A stretch of 63,147 nt of DNA, counting the filler, from Klebsormidium nitens (taxonomy: Eukaryota > Plantae > Klebsormidiophyceae), in NCBI GenBank assembly GCA_000708835.1. It is 6 parts of 6 records of this genome, joined end to end, with 100 filler letters (N's around TTAATTAATTAA, not from the genome) between each part and the next. Parts side by side here need not be neighbours in the genome. Positions count along the whole stretch, not along the records: positions 56,634 to 60,270 come from DF238560.1; positions 60,371 to 63,147 come from DF237523.1; 4 more parts are not named here. One strand, 5' to 3'. The notes beneath the pieces were generated by a model. The model saw nothing but the letters and a program-made list of their open reading frames with translations. It did no database searches and was not told the origin of the DNA. A program made the translations under genes and the position numbers. This document shows positions 58,761-63,147 of this stretch, piece by piece (position 1 is the stretch's first letter; each line of letters begins with the position of its first letter).

Positions 58761-61369
58761 TTGAAGCATGCTCACACTGCGTCCTGGGGCTCTCCGCTCT
58801 CGGCCATATCGGGCAGAGAACCCTCTTCCTCACCCCGCTTGGCAAGCTGTTGGAGCGCAAGTCTGTACCTGTTCAATGAAAGTATGACACTTGAGTATAC
58901 CCTCAACTAGTCGTAAACGTGATTCATTGCAAAGGGGGAATTCTGTCCTCATACTTTTCTAACTGTTGCGGCTGTAGAGACTCGTAAGATGTTGCAAGTA
59001 CGCTGAATTCGCTCGAGATTAATACTGTACCTTGATAGAGCACCTTACCATTTTGCTGCTTGGAGCCTTGCTGCTTGGAGCCTTGGTTCATTGGCGGCAT
59101 ACTGCACCAGCTGAGCGTGGTATTCTTGGGCAGCAGGCGGCGACAGACCGGATATGAATTCCGCTCGGAACACCTGTTTACCACAAGTGACGGTGTCACA
59201 ATCGCGCTTGACAAGTTTGAGGGAGCGGACATTCCGAATCATTTAAGAACCAAGCGAAGCTCTCATGAGATTTTAAAATAGATGTGGTCGCGTGCGCAGC
59301 TAGTGGAAGCGCAGCTTGCAATCAGATTTGTTGGCACATGATCATTTGGGCCCTTGGCAAGGTGGTCTAGCATCCCGAGTTAACTGATGTGTCTCTGGCA
59401 AACGTGCGGTTGATCAAGCTACTTTTAGTTGTGATTTCTCACTTCTTGGAGGAAGGCCCATGGCGTCGCCTTGTACCACTGGTAGAACCGCCAGGGATGC
59501 CCGAGGCTCTTCTTGGGGAAGAATCTCTCCGCCTTTGGGCCCCCCTGTGGAGGAACCGCTAGCGCAAGCGAGTAGGCCCACCCTATGTTCCATGCCCACG
59601 CCCATGTGGTTCCCCACGTGAAAACAGAGTGCCGTTTGTCGAACCCGTTGAGCGCCAAATCCCCCGGTCGTTGCCACCTGTAGCATGAATCTCGGGAAGT
59701 GTTCATACTTTTACCATGTATCGGTCTAGGAGATTCGACCTGGCGTTTGAATGCATCAAAGAACAAAGGCCACTGCATACTTTGGACCGAGGTTGAAGCT
59801 TGATCCCACTTAAGGCCCGGAACAGAGACGAAACAAAGGAGTATCGATGAGAAGCGACCACAAGCTTTCTAGAAAGGGCGTTTCGGGAAAGTAACAAGCC
59901 TAAACAGAGGTTCACGCAGGTCACGTAGACTTCAAGGTCCATTATTAGTAGTATTTAGCGCGCAAGCACTAAGGAAGGGGGCTGAACAGAGGGGCTTGTA
60001 GGAACTTAAAAGAAGAGTCCCCCCTGGAAAGAGTCGCCATCGACTACACACCATTGACATAGTTAGAGATCCTGGCAAAATTCGACGATCTCGACTCAAG
60101 TCCATGTGGTGTCGTAGAGCCCGAAACGCTTCAAAACAGAGACAAGTCGGCAAAAGGTCGGGGTTAAAGAACCACAATCGTTGTAATGGAGAGCGCTCCA
60201 CAAAGGGGCAACCGAAACAGAGGCCGGAACATGACGGATCGACTGCAAGATTCCTAGAAACAGGCTTTCTNNNNNNNNNNNNNNNNNNNNNNNNNNNNNN
60301 NNNNNNNNNNNNNNTTAATTAATTAANNNNNNNNNNNNNNNNNNNNNNNNNNNNNNNNNNNNNNNNNNNNAACCACCGCCGTTTCGCTAACTCGCGGTCA
60401 ACGAAATCCTGTCGAGAACGAGGTTAGGCTTAACCAGTCGTAATCGTTACATATTTCTCTTGAAAAGAAGGCGGCAGCGACGACATAACGGCCATCCAAG
60501 CAGGGAAGCTTAGAAGGGGAGCGCCATATCAGCTTGCAGTTGCAGTGGAGCTGAGTGGGCATGCATCCCTGGTCAACTCAGCCTGAGAGAGTCGTGCATG
60601 GCCTGGGTGCTCCCATGGTGTCAAATCTGACCCCAAGCCAGTTCCTGCGGTGGCATTGACACCTAACATTTTTCTTTCGCCTCAAAACTTGGCACAGCAG
60701 TTCAGGAGGGTCACATGGACATTTTCACCGCAGGGTTTCATTCAATTCAAAGCAGAGGTCCTGCAGCCAGGCATCAACAATCACCATAGCCCCTGTTTTG
60801 CCCCTTCTGAGGATGAGCTTCCTTCTCTTTGTCTTGTCAGGGTCCACAGAGGCAGCTGGAGCAGACAGGATAGTGTCTCAGGAAGCAAGGGGGTCCTTAG
60901 AGGGGATGGGTGGATTCCTCCGCAGGGAGTGCATCATCATGCATGATGAATCAAGAAGGTACGTCTCTGGAGATCTTGTCACGCCCTGGTCTGAGCCAAG
61001 TTCTGCTCTTTTGAATATCACCTGGAAGTTTCTTTGCATGGGTTCAGGTGTTTTCTTGCTTGGTGCATAGAGCATGTTTCTGTTGATACTATGAGGAAAG
61101 CTGCTGTTGCAAGAGGTCTTCTGAAGCCTGGGCACAAGATGCAGACGTGTCAGTCAGGGATCGCAAGTATGTCAATATCTGGGGGCCAGCAAATTTAGTC
61201 CTTTGTGGGTCTTGAGTTCTGCAGCATACTGCCAAAAGGTGCCGGTAGCATGACTTAGCATTTTGATCAAGCTTGTCCAGACTTGAGTTGCATGAGAAAG
61301 AATGCTTCCCTGCAGGTTTTGGAGCAATGGCAATGGCGTCTGCTGTATCCCAGTTCTTCAAGAACTTCA

Positions 61370-62011
61370 ACTTTGTTGCATACAGGATTCTTATGAATTT
61401 CTTCAGACTTTGGCACTTTGAATTGGCGTGGAACTTGAATGCATGGCAGGGTTTTGTATTAGACTGTTGGAGTCTTTTTCTGCAGAACTGTATTCTCTGC
61501 AAACTTAGCTGCTAAAGAGCCTCAAGATATTTTGCTTTCTTTCAAGCTCATTGGGCAGTGGCTCAGTAGCTGCGCTTACTATGCACCAGATTGCAAAGCC
61601 CATTAGACCTTCATTCAAATGTTGAATGTTCTGCCAGTTCAGTTCTGTGTCACCCGTTCTCCATGTAACTGTTAGATGGTTCATTGGATTGACAAAGTTT
61701 GTCCATGGCAGCTTTCTAAGTTCATATTCTGTACAATGATCAATTCACCGGTGCATGGTACCGATGGCTTCGGCCAACCCAGTTCGATCCTGGGGGTGAA
61801 TCCAAAATTTCGCTGATTCTTTGTGAGGTGATAAAGCTCTGAAAGCTTCAAAATCATTGCTGGTTGCTTGCCAAGTTTCTGCAGATAACTTCTGGATGAA
61901 TTGTAATGCTCGGTGCATTGAACATTCTCTCAGATCTATCACAGAGACGCGGTCACAGAGACGCTGTGCACGGTTCCATAGATAGCTTCCGAAGCTGGTG
62001 GCAGTACGCAA
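61370..62011 (-). pseudogene. Decayed unidentified ORF in a CpG-depleted region
   Basis: A single minus frame reads protein-like for more than 200 codons (MRTATSF...IGTMHR*IDHCTEYELRKLPWTNFV...LRLFSS*VCREY...) with isolated TGA/TAA stops. CG occurs only about once per 60 nt over 60540-61700. Confidence 0.35.
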
Positions 62012-62692
62012 TATATATATAAATGAATGTGGAAGCAGATCAGTGATTGAGTTGAGTCACCTAAGTACTACCTATCAGATGCAGATAAGTTGGTCAGGTG
62101 CACTGATAGCAGCAGTCAAACCTAGAAGGAAGCCATGATGTTGAGCTGGCCCCCATTACTCATGCCAATGGCATGAGCATCCTGCCATCCTGGTTGGCTA
62201 GGAGACACCTAGAATCAACAAACCTTCTCACGTGCCAGGCTGCAAATTAACGAAACTTCGGACTCGTGCCACAAAACGACAAGCTTCTTGCTGATCTATA
62301 CCCTCGCCCGGTCCAAGCTGCTTCATCGACCGCTCAGAAGTTTTAGAGAAAGCCTCCGATAACCGTTCGATGCGCACGTTTCTCTGGCGCTCCGTTGCGA
62401 TGCTTTCATCAATCATTTACTCTTAATGATATGATAGCGGACGGAACGCCAGAATATATCGATTAAACAATTCTTAAATCAAAGTAGATTCAAGGTCTCA
62501 GTACCGTCGATGCCGCTTGAGCTGGAGGCATCGACGGCCTCGACCATGTATAGAATTAGGACGTACCGATTGCTCGACGGTACCCGAGGAGTATGACCGA
62601 TGTTTTCCACCGGGCACAAATAGCATTTTACCACTCTTAATACGGCCCGGGTTCTCCACGCGCTGTCCCGAAGCCATATAAACCGTACTAGA

Positions 62693-62736
62693 AGGATACC
62701 GCCCGTGAGGGCGGTATCCTCCTAGCCCACGTCTAG
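62693..62736 (+). mobile_element. Helitron-like 3' terminus
   Basis: Perfect 12-bp GC-rich hairpin AGGATACCGCCC-GTGA-GGGCGGTATCCT (62693-62720), then 12 nt, then CTAG (62733-62736) followed by T. Confidence 0.6.
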
Positions 62737-63147
62737 TCCCTGATCAAGCAGGGAAAGCAGGGAGTCCTAGCATGATGTCGTATCCTCAGCCCGTCCATGT
62801 CTAAACGAACATCCGTCGACTTGGAACACTCGTGATTCGGCGCATCTGATTCGATTCCGATAGTATGGTGCCGTACCCTCCGGAAGAGGGGAGACATAGG
62901 TTTCGTTGCAATCGGCGCTCGCGACGCGGGCCTGGCGATCGACCTTGGGTCGGATGGCGGGCGTTCGATAAAACGTACAGGAAAAAGGAGAATACACCCG
63001 GTCGCCATGAAACGTATCATACCTTTGCCGGACTGGCGCGCCATGCGGCGCAGATGCTCGATTTCGCATCGAACATTCGCGACGTTAATGGTGACCATTA
63101 TCCGCCGGCCGAGCAGGATGCGTCGCCTCCGAATGCTGATGTCCGAC

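Noticed and set aside
62733-63098. ORF starting MVTINVANVR, faintly like a LINE APE endonuclease N-terminus
   Set aside because: It lacks the following QET and later catalytic motifs; the similarity is too short.

Overview
Eukaryotic, intron-rich genomic scaffold with GC-rich exons, CpG-poor introns and N-gaps. Gene content and style suggest a streptophyte green alga such as Klebsormidium (inference). The left two-thirds is a host gene block: an EGF-containing GT47/exostosin glycosyltransferase (+), plastid ferredoxin (-), temperature-induced lipocalin (+), DEAD-box helicase DDX42 (-), mitochondrial fission protein FIS1 (+), a two-SIS-domain GKRP/MurQ-like protein (-), a long coiled-coil protein (+) and a partial L-type lectin / PTTP-mucin surface protein (+). 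The right third is mobile DNA. It holds an intronless element of viral character (tyrosine recombinase, disrupted AEP primase-D5 helicase, small ORF, iteron-like putative origin, no capsid gene visible), followed by an intron-containing KDZ transposase, a ~415/790-bp repeat array, a decayed CpG-depleted ORF and a Helitron-like 3' end. Most notable observations: (1) the capsid-less recombinase/primase-helicase replicon; (2) a GKRP-type protein that retains MurQ etherase motifs; (3) decaying tandem 'echoes' of exon-intron junctions at several introns of one gene; (4) 4-bp-palindrome-rich islands at gene 3' ends; (5) a possible tail-anchored TIL splice isoform. Exon coordinates and motif counts were read by hand, and family assignments rest on recalled motifs, not database searches.
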